Assembly: GCA_017499595.2 (NCBI GenBank)
Contig: CM039001.1
Span: 248,001 to 312,000, forward strand
Length of the DNA stretch: 64,000 bases
From: Psilocybe cubensis
Lineage: Eukaryota
Reading direction: 5' to 3'
A program made the position numbers and the translations under genes. Positions 50,353 to 63,575 of the stretch are shown here, in pieces; position 1 is the stretch's first letter, and each line of letters starts with the position of its first letter. Under the pieces are notes generated by a model. The model ran no database searches, was not told where the DNA came from, and worked only from the letters and a program-made list of their open reading frames with translations.

Positions 50353-51145
50353 ATGAGCTCGTCGCACAGTTCCCCGCTAATTGGAGACGGTCATGGGCGC
50401 TACCGTGTTCATATTGTTGGGAACAGTGGTAAGCATCATTGTCTACGGTGAATATCGAGGTGTTTACTGCCAACCTTATCACCAGGGAGCGGTAAGGTAG
50501 GTAGTTGCTCGACAGTGAATCGCAATGAATACCACCCTTCAGTAGAGCACAACTGGTGAAGCTCTTGCGCGCATGCTTGGTGTACCGTATATATCCATGG
50601 ACAGGTTAATGTGGAAGCCAGGCTGGGTTGAGGCGCCCAACGACGAATTCCAAGCTCGTTTACGAGCCGAGCTCGACAAGGAACCTGACAAGGGCTGGGT
50701 GGCCGATGGAAACTACGATCGTAGAGGAGGCTTAGTCGCTCTTGAAGAATCGACTGATATAATATGTTGGTTATCCATGTTTATGATACCACAATTAAAA
50801 TTTACTAATGACACTGTTGCGAAAGGGTTGGATCCTCCCTTGGTTCTATATCTACCTCGCCTTATCTGGAGAACATTTTTGCGACTGTTTCGTCTGCGAG
50901 AGCCTTGCAGTGCAGGATGCTTTGAGAGACCGACAGAAGTGTTCTTTTCCAAGGAAAGTATAGTCTGGTGGTGCATCAGCAATCATTGGAAAGTTCGCGC
51001 CCGAAACGAAGGAAGGATGCGAGAGCTCGGCATTGAAAACGGAACATCACCTAGACGTAGGATGCGACGTCTAGGTGGCTGGGGAGCCGAGCTCAAAAAA
51101 TGGTTGCAAGAAGTCGAACAGATGATACACTCGAAGCAAGAGTGA
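50353..51145 (+). CDS. P-loop kinase of the adenylate kinase / bacterial FlaR (topology modulation protein)-like family
   Basis: RVHIVGNSG|SGK|STTGEALARMLGVPYISMDRLMWKPGW; GWVADGNY; WLDPPL; KESIVWW. Confidence 0.85.
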
Positions 51146-54100
51146 TAACAGTACTCAAAATCGCGACGGTGTTATAATGAGACCTGCCTGCACACTGTCT
51201 TGTCGCCAACAAACGGCATAGTCATGGAGATAGAATTCATCCTATATAGATTATACTGAGATACATCAGCATCGCTAGAAATGTTCCTTCTGGATCTAAC
51301 GCAAGCGACAATAGATCGAGATGGTGTAAAGAATGGTGATTGCCAGAAAAGGAAAAAAATCTGTTCAACGTAATGTCGGTTGGCCCAAAGAATCAAAATT
51401 CATCTTAAAGAGGAAAATCGCCATATACGTATTGAGTCAAGCTAGTTAGACCATAAAGAGCTAAGAACCTCTTATGACTTAGGAAAGCCTTTTATCTTAG
51501 AACTCGAACCCGGAGATTTAGTAAGGAGCGCCGCCAATATGTGTCATTGTAGAGCTTGAAGCTCCAATCTAATCGCCCTACCTGCAAAAATATGGCTGTT
51601 TAGAAAGTATGCGTATACATATGTATCATGTGGCCTCTTCCAATGGATGTCTTCTTGGGTGCTGGTAACAAAAGCTAGGCAATTCTGTGACTGCCGTGAG
51701 GTCCGAGAACATACCGTTTTGGTATTTTTACTACTAAACTCAAGCGCTCACAGATATATACTACAAGGAACCATAAATCTTTTATTTTAAATTGTAAATT
51801 TGGTTGACGCGCGGAACGGATTGATGAATTCGTTCAAAATCGGCACAGACGCGTAGGTTGCGTTTAGGCGCGGATCAATGTCGCGAGCGCGTAAATTAGA
51901 AGCACGTGATCGTGTCCCATCAAATGAATCTAGGGAGAATCTCCTATGTCAGGAAAGGAAACGAACATTCATACCCAGAAATGTCCTCTCCGTCGAAGAC
52001 TGGCGATCTTGCTAGTGACTCCCGCAACTCCCGCAGCTCCCGCCGGTATACTTGAGCTCGCCAATCGATCTGGATCGTCCCTGGACGATGATTCTCTCGT
52101 TGCCCACTTTGGATAACAGTATGCAAGAACACTTACGAGCGCCAACCCCACATTCTGCCGGCTTGCTCTTCGACAAACGTTCAAATGAAGCTTTAAGCTC
52201 TATATACCGGTTTATAATGAAACCACCTCATACATCTGCCCTGGATACTTAATACCCGAGTGTCCATCTCAAAATTTGGCATATATCACCTATTGGCATG
52301 TGTAGATTCAAGGCAAGCCTAACGTGAAGACAAAATGTCAGATTCCACCCGCGTTATGGAATGCTACCGCTGTAAACATATTTGACCGTGTACCCCTTAT
52401 CGTCTACTATTCTAGATGTACTGTACTTCGTCAGTAGCAATGGGTTGAAGGCAAACAGGCTTCAAGTCAGGCGGTACTAATCTCACCAATTGTCCTGTCT
52501 AAGCAATATTAGACAGTATCGTCACAGCAGGGATGACAAACCACCGCTGGAAAGATATCCCCAGGGAACACAGTGAACAGGGACAAGATAAGAAACATTG
52601 GGTCCTAATTACCATTTCCGCGGACAATGAACCAATAGAGATGTCAGTCAAGACATGGGATATCTAATTGATGCAGCATTGCCCTTCTTTCAATCATGAG
52701 CTTCGCGTTGCAGTATTCTACAGGATACAAGCTAGATCTACCCTATTAAATTGCATCCTTTATACTAAATTACTCTTCAACACTAGGCTGAGTCAACTTT
52801 TTGTGCATGTTAACTCGTATTGGCCTGCTTAGGTTTAGTCACCATGTCAAATCTATCTTAGTCACTTTTCAGATAGCCAGCGAAAGAGCTGTAGACTAGT
52901 TACCGCTTAACGCTGGATCTGAATTGCAGAGATTGATCAAAGGAACACATTGACAAGGAATTCAGTTATGCGAGTCACCGAATTCCTTCACCTAAGCAGT
53001 GCCCTACCCAGATGCCACATTGACGATGTTTAGAAAATGGGAACCCGGGTTCTCTCATAACGAAAGCGAATGTACGCACTCAGATTGAAACTCTGTTTAT
53101 AAGGTAGACTGAACATGGCGGATTATTCAGTTTGCACGCCGGGATATAGCTCTCTGTTGATTAGAAATAAATATGAGTTTGTGGACAGAGAACTGCAGAA
53201 TTCAAATAATAGCACAAGATGCTTCACTCTGTTTGACACCCTGCCATCGCGTGCTCGTAATCATGGTCGATACTAACACGTTTAACGTTTAACTCTTATG
53301 CATGGTGACAGCCATGGGGAGAATTAATAGAACCACTTACTGTAGTTTCTATCACTTCTTTAAAATCGATCCAGTTTCTCCTCTGAGAAATAGAGCAGTC
53401 AAAGTCTTTGAGTGCACCTATTTCTCGCGCAGCTACCATGCCTTGCTGATAGCCTCATTACAATGTATCCGGGTCCCGTCGCAAATAGGACTACCATCAC
53501 AGCATCGGCCCGCATAGGACACCCACCCACCCTCACATGCGGCGCCAAAATCTGATGATATGAAAGCTATCCGCTGTTCAACGCAGGTTCATTTCAATGA
53601 TGAGCCACTTACTTACACCTACCACAGCAGTGATAGAGAATGCAATAATAGCTTAAAAACGTCGCCCCTTGTGCGGTAGAGGTACTAGCGATTGTAGCCA
53701 GGTTGCTTGGACCACTGGTATAAATTTTGCCTTGAATCTGCAATTAGTTACACTCAGTGACTCAGAAAAATCTGCTTGTCATCGACATTGTGTGTTTCTC
53801 GGAATGGTTTTGCAAGGAGAATTGACCTACTCATGCAAAACAATATCGTGGCAAAGGCGTGGGAATGTAGTTGTCGAAACTTAAGCTTGAACTACCATTC
53901 CGACTTTGCGTTGATGCTAACCTGAATATAGTCCAGTCAGACAAATTAACAGAGTCTCTAACCACTGCAAACATGAAAGACGCACACACACAAAATAACA
54001 CTGGTATACGTACAAAACAACAATAACAACACAAGTCACTACATCAACAACAGAGAAATAAAAGGAACACCCAGAGAGCAGAAAAAAACATATATATCTT

Positions 54101-54938
54101 ACATCGTATCATATGAAAAAACGGAAGATCATAATGGCACAGTATTGTACTTGAGAGAAATTTGTCTCTGGTGTGGTGTAGATCAAAGATGAGGTAAATA
54201 ATAATGATAAGGAGGTCGGGGAGATGTTTGCGAATCACGGAGGTTAGGGATACAGGGACTGGGAGTGGGATGAACACTGCGGTAGGATGTGCTTCAAAAG
54301 CAGCGATGGGCCAAGAAGATGCAACTGAAGGGGCGGAGATTGGTCATTTAATGTTCGAACATATTGTCCCGGACCAACAGGATTGACGACAGAGTGAGCT
54401 GTTACACGAAGGAATTTGCGAAGTGGCACGCACGGCAGCATGACCAAGATTTGGCCCAAATGCTGGTGTTTCGACAGAGCAATACAACATCTCGGGTATC
54501 ACGCGCGACGTGAGTCACTGCCATCGGCGGAACGAGATGTGGGGAAGAATGACCGGAGAAGAGAGACAAGATGCATGGAATGGAAGAGGAAGTCGGCAAT
54601 GGCAAGCTCAAACGGGAGCAACCTAGTGGGATGGCCGTGTTGAACAATTGTTGGACAGCGGTGTTAGCAGATAGCGGGCATGTAATGACCCATGTAGGGT
54701 GTTGGCTATTCCAAACTGACCGCAAGGTGAAGTGTGGAGGGCGGAAAAGGAGGCCTAAATGTTTCATGAGGATTCAGTATTGGATTACTGGTGTTGGGTA
54801 GAGTCGTAGTGGAATGAAATCGGAATCCGTGGAAAGCCTGAAAATAAATGTAGAGGTATATGTTGAGTCCATCCATCCGTGAAGTCTATATCACAGAGCC
54901 GACTGTTGATGGTCTAATCCACATCGTTAGTCTTTGCT

Positions 54939-56342
54939 TCAAGGCAACTTTTTCCATGACCGTCCATCTAAAAGGTCTAGCAATTCAGCTGTCACCTGCT
55001 CGGGGTGGCTTACGCTCAAATCGTGTCCGGCCCCCTCAAGCATAATTAACTTCTGCTTTGCAGCCGAAGGGAGGAGAGCAGATATTTTGTCTGCATATTT
55101 GGGATGAACAGTGGAATCCCTTGTACCCTAAGCCAACATCAGTTTAATTACAGAGATATGATAAGTTTATTAGCACGCACATGAAGGATCAGCACCCTCT
55201 TGCCCTCAAATGATTTTGACTGGAAGGCGGCCCGTTGCCCACGAACTGGGCCGTCCCTCAGTGATGATGATAGGGCGTGGTTGTAGCCTGGCAAATGGGC
55301 CGATTGCAGTCGCACGATCTACAAAGTTTTGAGTTTAGGTTTGAAGGGGTGTCTTTACAATTGCTTACCTCAAGGAGAGGTTTTTCATCCTGTGATACGG
55401 ATTGATTTGTAAGACGTTGCATGTACATCTGAACCGGGCGACTAGATGCCAGGATTTGAATAAGAGGTGATGACATGACTTTGGCGGTGCGAGAGATGTC
55501 ATTGGACTGAGTGGCACAGAAAAGATATTAGGTGTGCGCTCATCGCGGAAAAAGTGATACGGACCTCCATCAGCCCTGCACAAGCGATAAGACCGACGCT
55601 TTCATCAACAAGATGCGGAAACTGGGCAGTGAATGCAGCTGCTATTGCACCTCCCTATCGGACGATAAGTGGTGCCATTTTTCACTTACAAAAATAACAC
55701 GCACCATCGATACACCAATGATATTTGCCTTCTGCCATTTCAAATACTGCATCAAGAATGCGAGTTGTGTAGTGTACAGGTTGGTGTCATATGCAGTCTG
55801 CGGTGCGTCGGAGTATCCTCTTCCATAAAGGTCTAAAATACATATGAGTGTGTCAGCTTGCCGACCCAGCAAGATCGCCAACATACCGTACAGCAACACG
55901 CGATGACCACTCGCCACTAGTTTCGGTGCCACATCCTTCCAAATGATCGCAGGTATTGACAGACCATGTATCAAGACAATCTACAAGGACATATCAATAC
56001 GATAACGACGAATGTTACTCGATAAGCACACCGCACCTTCTTGCCTTTCTCAGGACCAAGAAGCCAATACCGCACCTACACAAGTCAACGCTGGATCCTG
56101 AGGTATAAATGGGAGAAGCGCACTTTTCCAGTCGGAAATACGGCGTATCCTCCGCCCGTATAAAAGTCTTCTGGGTATATTGACCAGGACTTGGATGTGG
56201 ATGGAAGGCTGGCCAGCGACGGGTGCACGCTGATGGGCGCTGGAGGGCTTGGGAACGCCGCCATAAAGTAGGTCGTTAAGAGAAGCGGCGGCAGCATCAA
56301 CAGCGCCAGCGTCATGCACTGGTAGGGGCTGGAGGCGACCAT
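54939..56342 (-). CDS. Alpha/beta hydrolase (Abhydrolase_1 type) with N-terminal membrane anchor
   Basis: VLIHGLSIP; DLYGRGYSDAP; nucleophile GVSM|GG; acid H|GTRD; His GAGHD; ends WKKLP*. Confidence 0.9.
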
Positions 56343-56842
56343 GGCGGTAAGGAGGCAAGCCTTGTTAAAGTCTCGCAATGTTGTTCCAACAAATTGGTGC
56401 ATGTCGTGACCTGTCAATTCATTCTCACGTGTATGTGACATGCGGCGTGTTTATTGCCGAGGTGCCGAAGATTTTTTTAAGTCGGAGGAAAAACCCAAAT
56501 GTAACCAAAATCCACAAAGATGTCCATAAGAGAAAAACAGAAATTCGAAGTAAACCATAGATACTACAATTAATTGACAAGTATATAACGATCAAATTTT
56601 TGATCCACAGATTTTATGACGATAGAATTCGTGTGCACGTAGTTTCAATTAACGCGGAGTTTGTCTGTTAATTCGGAGTCTGAAGAACAACATTTGATTG
56701 TTCCCCGTTAACGGTGGATTCATGTTGCACACCCAGTATCAAGGCTTAATATTCTATCCCAATCCCTCATTAATACTGACATAAGGAGACCGGTAAATGA
56801 AATGAGCTGATCTAAAACAGGGAATACCAATCATCATCTCCA

Positions 56843-59430
56843 TCATTCTCCTATGTTGGGATAGCATTGAAACAACGGGTCTTGATCCCCTTTCCATCCC
56901 ACTATGATAGATATTTAGGGCCTCAAACATCAGAAATGCAAATTAGAAAGGTTATAAGACTAACTTACCACAGCGCCAACAATCGAGGATATGATTTGGG
57001 TCGCTAGGATCATATTCCGAATGAGCTACGAACAGGCTCCGATGAAGACTTTAGTTTAGGAACGCACTACTTCTGCTTGATAGCTAACAGCTTCTTATAG
57101 TTGTCTTCTCCCCAGAATGCATTGATATAGTCCGGCTCATACACATCAGCTTCATTCTGTAAATGCGTCGTTAATCATAAAAGATCCCAACATCAAATAG
57201 AATACTAAACTCACAAAGTATACAGCAGCATCTAGTGTGCGCTCGCGGATGATTGACATGCCTTGTGTTACCTTATTGTAGGACCCGACGCGGTCCTCCA
57301 GTGTTGAGTTAAAATTCCACGCATAGCTGAGTACAGTCTGCACTGCAACTCTTAAGCATCTCGCCCCCTACAAAATATCAAGTTGATCAATTGCCTACCT
57401 GCCATATTGCCGTCCTCCAAGCTGGGTTTATGGAGGTGTCGTTGCCGTTGAATTTTTTAAAAGAGAATGGGGTGACAGCGGTGATCTGGCTGAAGTCTGA
57501 ATCAAGCATACCGCTTATTATAGCTTCTATTAGGATGTCGTCGTCAAACTTGTCGGATGGGATCAGGCGAGTGCCTATTACTTGGGGCCGCCCAACTGGC
57601 TTTGGTCAATGAGATGCATTGTTTTGGGGGTTAATTGCATATCATTAAGAAGACAAACATAAGACATACGTCTGGTTGCTGGTCAATAAACATATCGTAG
57701 AAGTCGGAAAAGGAGTCCAACGTAAAGAAAGTAGTAGTGCCGTTTACGGAGGCGAACGCGTCGACCATTCCAGAGGCAGAGTGTTTCGCTTCAGTCGCGT
57801 TGAGAACAGGATTTGCCCAGAAGGCAGCTCCAGCTGGCGGCTGTTGGGCATTATGTTAACCAATGACAGGGGAATTGAACAAGTTGATTTTATGAACATA
57901 CAGTGATATAACCTCCCCAACCATCAGTGGCCAGCTGAACCGCATTGCCAGCAAGGGCTTTCATCAATTGCACAGAGTTTTCTCTAGTGTTTGTGTATTG
58001 ACCCAACACCCTATAACGTGCATTAGAGTTAATAAAAGCCGTTTTAGTAAATTAAAAAATACTTGCGCTTGGATAGTCACCCGTGGAGATGCCATATGTG
58101 TGCTCTCCAGCACAACACCAAATGTCCCTCCTCCACCTCCCCTCAGCGCAAAAAACAAATCCTGGTTTTGGCATCGATTTGCAGTACGGTACTGCCCATC
58201 CGGTGTAACTATCTTGAACTCCAGCACTCTGTCCACCCCGAGGCCCATAGTAACGGACAATGCGCTGTGTCCGCCACCCTGTCATAGGGGAACAGCCCAA
58301 TATGGCATCAATGATGCCTAATCAGGCAATTTACGAATCGTGAGATTGTTTACAGGACACTTACCATAACCCACCCGCCCGACGCTCCAACAGCGGGGTC
58401 AGCCCCGCCCACAACTGTGATATTGTTTGACTTCGCAAAGTTGTATATGGTGCGGAACTGTTGGCCTGCCTGTGCGTGGAGTATAAATGTGAGTGGCGAC
58501 ATGTCAACGATACATTGTGGGCGGCTTCACATACTCCGATTGTTATCGCTGTCATGCCTGATTCGGAAGCGCTGCAACCATCGGGAATAAATGTTTCGTT
58601 GAGAGTAAGCTGCGCATGTAAAAGTCGAACTTTAATCAAGAGTTAGCGAACAGTTGCACTCACTTTGTCAAGATTGTGGGTCTACCATTGAAGCGCGCCC
58701 TGAGTCTCTGTGCTGAAGAACAGAAAGTAAGGCCTACCCAAAGAGCCAAAGTTCCCATCCCAGAGCTTCGTCAAAGATAATCATGCTAAGTTTATTAAGA
58801 TGTGAGACGGGCCCACCCAAAATTTGTATAACATTCCACTCACCCCTGTATTCTTGATAGAAAGCCGAATCCCTGTCTGATTCGCAAAGTTGAACGCAGC
58901 TTTCACATCATTCGGTCCTGAGATATCAATCTTCATATACTATCAGCACAGCTAAGTGAATACTGCAGGTTGATTCACATACATAATAACTTGGTATGTT
59001 ACCCAGCAGACACTTTTGAGGAGTCGCAAACGCAGTTGGATTGGTGGGATCCGTCCAGTCCAGCAAGCACTCATCTCCCGTACTTTGGCATGTCTCCCAG
59101 TTAGTATTCTCGTAGGCGCCAAAGTGGTTGGATCGAAAAACTACGTTGTTGGGAGGGTGAATATTTTAATCAACAGCTTGGTGCGAAGAACTCACTGTGG
59201 TCTTCATTATGCGTTTGCAGGTCCGAAAAGGCCGTCTGGTTTGACCCGCCACCTTGAGAAAAGCATGGTTGGGCAACTGGTATTGCTTGCATGAGACGTC
59301 CTCCGAGTGTGGCATTTAAAAAAGCCCATTCACTCGGATCTATGCTGAAAGCATTTGACCGTGCAGTGAATGTGCTGAGCACATCGGTGGCTGACATTGA
59401 CAATGCACTTGTTAGTTTAGAGAAACGCAT
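56843..59430 (-). pseudogene. BBE-like FAD-linked oxidoreductase (FAD_binding_4 + BBE) with one in-frame stop
   Basis: LNATLGGRL; KNTG|HDYL*RSS (TGA at 58771-58773); [74 protein letters not shown]; other exons read open. Confidence 0.85.
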
Positions 59431-60159
59431 TGTAAGGCTATTCTGGCGTTCTTAGCTCAGTTCTTCTCAGGATTTATACTAAATTCTGGATCATGAGTGC
59501 TTACATATGTCGTGACGATGCTTAGTCTACCGAGATTCCTCCCTTAAGTTCTTGTCAGACTAACTGAGCAAGCCATCGTTCAAGGGGATAATCCTAAATT
59601 GCTATCACTATACTGTATTCATTCATCATTTCCGCCTGTCTCTGTATAATCATGGCTTTGTGTTGGAGGCGTTGTTTATCCCCTATTTTAGCAGTAGAAT
59701 GCATAAAGCTTGCTAAACGTCATCCCTCATAACGGTGTACTGGGATTGTTTAACCGCAATTGACATTTGGACACGTACCTTAACGTTCCAGATCTTTAGA
59801 AACACTTCAAATTAGAACGAGTCAGCAGATTCGACGCGTTTGAGCGCGTCAACAATACATCAAGAGACAAACATCACGCGTGTTTAAACGGTAGGTCATC
59901 TTAGGATCTTACCTCTAATATAACTATCAGGAAATAGCACATTTAAACCAAGTGGAGCAAATAATTTGAACATAGGCAGGATTTCCAAATGCGCAGGCCC
60001 ACGAAAGCCTTCGATGTGAATATTTTGATTTATCGGTTCCATTGATTCCGATGCAACATTCTGTGTGATAATGTGCATTACGGTGCTCCCGGGATACCTT
60101 CCACGACAACCTATAACCGTCAATTAACTTACCCCACGGGGGACGGGGATCAACCTCGT

Positions 60160-61199
60160 TTATACAATCACACAACTTTTACGGGACTGATGAATCATTC
60201 TCATGGTAGGAGGTGGCCTGGCTGATCATGTCCATTTTTTCATCGTATCAGTACTCTATTATGAAAAGCTGATTTGACACGAAATTACTCACCTGCAAGG
60301 AGCATCGCTTTTTCAAATACACTCTGAACTCCATACCCTGTGAGGGCGGAGCACTCAATGTACGCAGCTGCCCCGATATCCTTGCGCATAGCCAGACCTT
60401 GAGGAAATTGAATAGGTGATGCATTCCTAAAAAAATGATTAATGTAAACCACTCAGTGAAGTAGTATAAGTTGCACAACCACTCACATTTCACGAAGCCT
60501 GTCACGTAATTCCGAATCTTTACGCAAGTCTGTCTTTGTGCCAACCAACAAGACTGGTGAAGACGGGTTGTGGTATGCCGTCTCTTGACTCCACTACAAG
60601 AGCAATCAGTCAGACAACGTCATCTCGAATCAACATGAATCTAAATTCGTACCTTTGTCCGAACATCCTCGTAGCTATCGGGATCCACTACTGAAAAACA
60701 CATTATAAAGACATCGGTCTGAGGGTAGGCGAGAGGGCGGAGTCGATCGTATTCTGCATCACCTGGCGTATCCCATAACTGAACAATGTACGGTTCTCCA
60801 TCCACGATGTGTGTCACAGAATACGTGGTGGTGAACACTAGATGAGCATATGCCATAATATTAACACCTGCTCTAGGCATTCTTTTCTCTTCAAGAAGAG
60901 CATACGCACTGAGAGGAAAATGCTCCTTTGTTGATGGCATTGCACACAATCGATATTTATTTCCAAAACGTGTCAAGGTAGATATTGTAACGTACAGGAA
61001 ATTTGCCTGTTTCGAATCTGATCAGAAGCGACGTCTACAAGTCAAAACAATCGTCAGATTTATTATGAATGAGATCCATTTGACGAACCTTCCCAACCGA
61101 TGAATCCCCAACCACAATCACTGCAACCGTATTCAAGTTCCGTTAGATATTGATGATGTGGTGCAGTCATGAACACCGACATTTTAGGGTGGGTGGCAT
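60160..61199 (-). CDS. Atypical Rho-family (Rac/Cdc42-like) small GTPase, 8 exons, CAAX end
   Basis: [58 protein letters not shown]; Rho insert; YIECSALT; ends SRKSCVIV*. Confidence 0.88.
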
Positions 61200-61636
61200 A
61201 ACTTTGTCTTCAGAAGGTAGCCAAGTCAGGTCACCAACTATTGCCAGAATGAAATGAAAGAGGGTAGAGATGATAAAGAAAGAAAGGATAAGTACACGTC
61301 TCACAATGCATTACCTGCACCGCCATAACCACGTCATTAAAAATATGAGATGTCAATAGATATCGTCGCCCACGCCTATAATGACACTTATTCATCAGAA
61401 CCGAACCCTCGGCGATGTAGAACAGATGGACACAAGAGGAGTCCTGAGTCACAGCTATAAAAGAGACTATAAAAACTTAGAGTCATTTCAATGATCAAGT
61501 TGGGAATATGGACAATTGTACTCCCAACAGTGCAACAGCTACAGTTGGGCGTGAAGTTAAGGGTATATTCTTGCCATCGTGACATATGTGATCGTGAAAA
61601 AGATCAAGCAGCAGAACGTTGAGAACAGAACGGTGC

Positions 61637-62941
61637 TTAAACAGTCTGCTTCAACCACTTGTTGACTACCCTGTCTGCGATGTCCAGGCCATTTTTCTCC
61701 ATAAACATCATATGTCCATTTCCCAATATTCCAACATCCTGAAGATTGACGTGGTCGACGGACACCCCGGCAGCCTTCAAGAAGTCTACGCTGCAGGAAT
61801 CGTACACAGCATGATAGCTAGACTCTGACGTCACAACGAGGACTGGCACCTTCGAAACGTTGGCCAGTTTCCGAGGCGGAGAGGCTTGTTGGATGCATGT
61901 AAAGTTCGTCGTGGAAGAAACCACCATGGTATTGAGGTCAGATGCAGATTCAATGGGAGGCGTAAATTCCACGGGGATTTCTGTGAGACCAAAGGGACGA
62001 GCAGAGGCGAGTGGAGGAAAGACGGCGTTGATGAATGGAGGTCCGATGGGCTCAATAGCGACGATGGCTTTGACTAGTGATGGTCTAGCGTCTGCCAAGA
62101 TCCATCCAAACTGACCCGACTGGGAGTGAGTGAGAACGATGGCGGGCTAAAGGGAAATAAGTTTAAAAAATCCGGCTAGCACAAAAATCAACACGCACCC
62201 CTACTCTGTCAAGCAATGCCGAACCAGCATTTTTCACTTTCGCGGAAGCTTCTGCATCTGACGCCAGTGCAGGCACAATTGACATATAGAAATTGTCAAA
62301 CGTTGGGTCGCCTCTGCTCCCGTTTCCCGGCCATTGGGTATGGAGATGCGCTTGTGGCCATAATTGGAACCTCTGTGCGTCAGTAAATCTTTGCTCAACC
62401 GTGAGCACATCGAATGTCATCTGCGGTCCATCAATGTTTTGTTGCCAGGGAGATCTTCCGCGTGACGGCTGGTCAACAAGATACAGCTATGCAAAATAAT
62501 CAGTGCCCAAACATTCGAATCAACGTATGATTTCGAGCATACCTCGTAACCCTGAGACATAAAATAATCTGCCCAGCCTGTCCGTCCATCTGGGGTATTT
62601 AGAAAATTTGTTCCCGTCATTCCTGGAAGCTCATTAACCAAATGGATTTTCAAAGCCATTACACAACACTCACCATTTCCTGGAATTATCACAATCGGTA
62701 GCTTTTGGGTGACCACTGAGGGGACCAAATGTTCAACGTACATTTGTCCGCTGGACACCGTGACTTCCGATCCAGCGATAAATGTGCCAGCAGTCTGTTC
62801 GTAAGCGCCTCCAACGTAGAAGTACGAGCGTTTATGTAAAACGCCATTCGCAATTGGTGGTGTTTGTCCTTTCAAATCGTTTCCCATGAGGTTGGCCCGA
62901 GCCACAAGACCTGCTGTGAATGCTGAGAAAAGACCCTTCAT
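61637..62941 (-). CDS. Alpha/beta hydrolase (esterase/lipase-like), possibly secreted
   Basis: RSYFYVGG; GQMYVE; PGNG|MTGTNFLNTPDGRTGWADYF; VDQPSRGRS; nucleophile THSQSG; AIEPIGPPF; GNGHMMFMEKN. Confidence 0.9.
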
Positions 62942-63575
62942 TGTAAATGGTGGTTATGCAATCCGCTGGAGCCTGAGAGGGACAGCAAATTTATCTGTCT
63001 ATAGCCGTGGATAACGACGCTGGGAAATATGCATGTGATGCAGTAAACCGGACAGCCTGAGGGAGAATGAAGGTGCGAATAAGGTTTCTGAAACCAAGCC
63101 CAAAATGAGACTGGAATTTGGGAATGAGAAATCTGATAAATAATGTTAAGTGAGCACATTCCAACTAGTTTCCATTGAAAATGTTCTAAGGCGCAGAAAC
63201 ATGGCAAAAAGTTGGGGTTTAGGTTGGGTTTAGGCAACAAAAAGTTGGACACGGTGTACATAGATATATCACATGATTTAGTCACGAGAGACAACATCTT
63301 GGTCGCGTGACTAGAGAAAAATGCGCGTTCTTGCCCCTCACTGGCGCGTCAGATCGCGTCAGAACTTAACACATTTGGAAGTATACCTTAGACTCGACAA
63401 ATGGCGGACATTGTTAGCTTTGCAGGTACGGCTCAGTAGAAAAGAAATCATATGGATGAAAGAAAATAGTTCATTATGCTGTATCAAATATACAACGTCG
63501 TATACCAAGAAAGTCGAAAAAATTATCACGAGGCGTTACAGTAAGAGGGTATTATGTAGCCTCTCAGTTAAAGGA

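Noticed and set aside
63211-63238. Two TTTAGG telomere-like hexamers
   Set aside because: Only two non-tandem copies; not a telomeric tract
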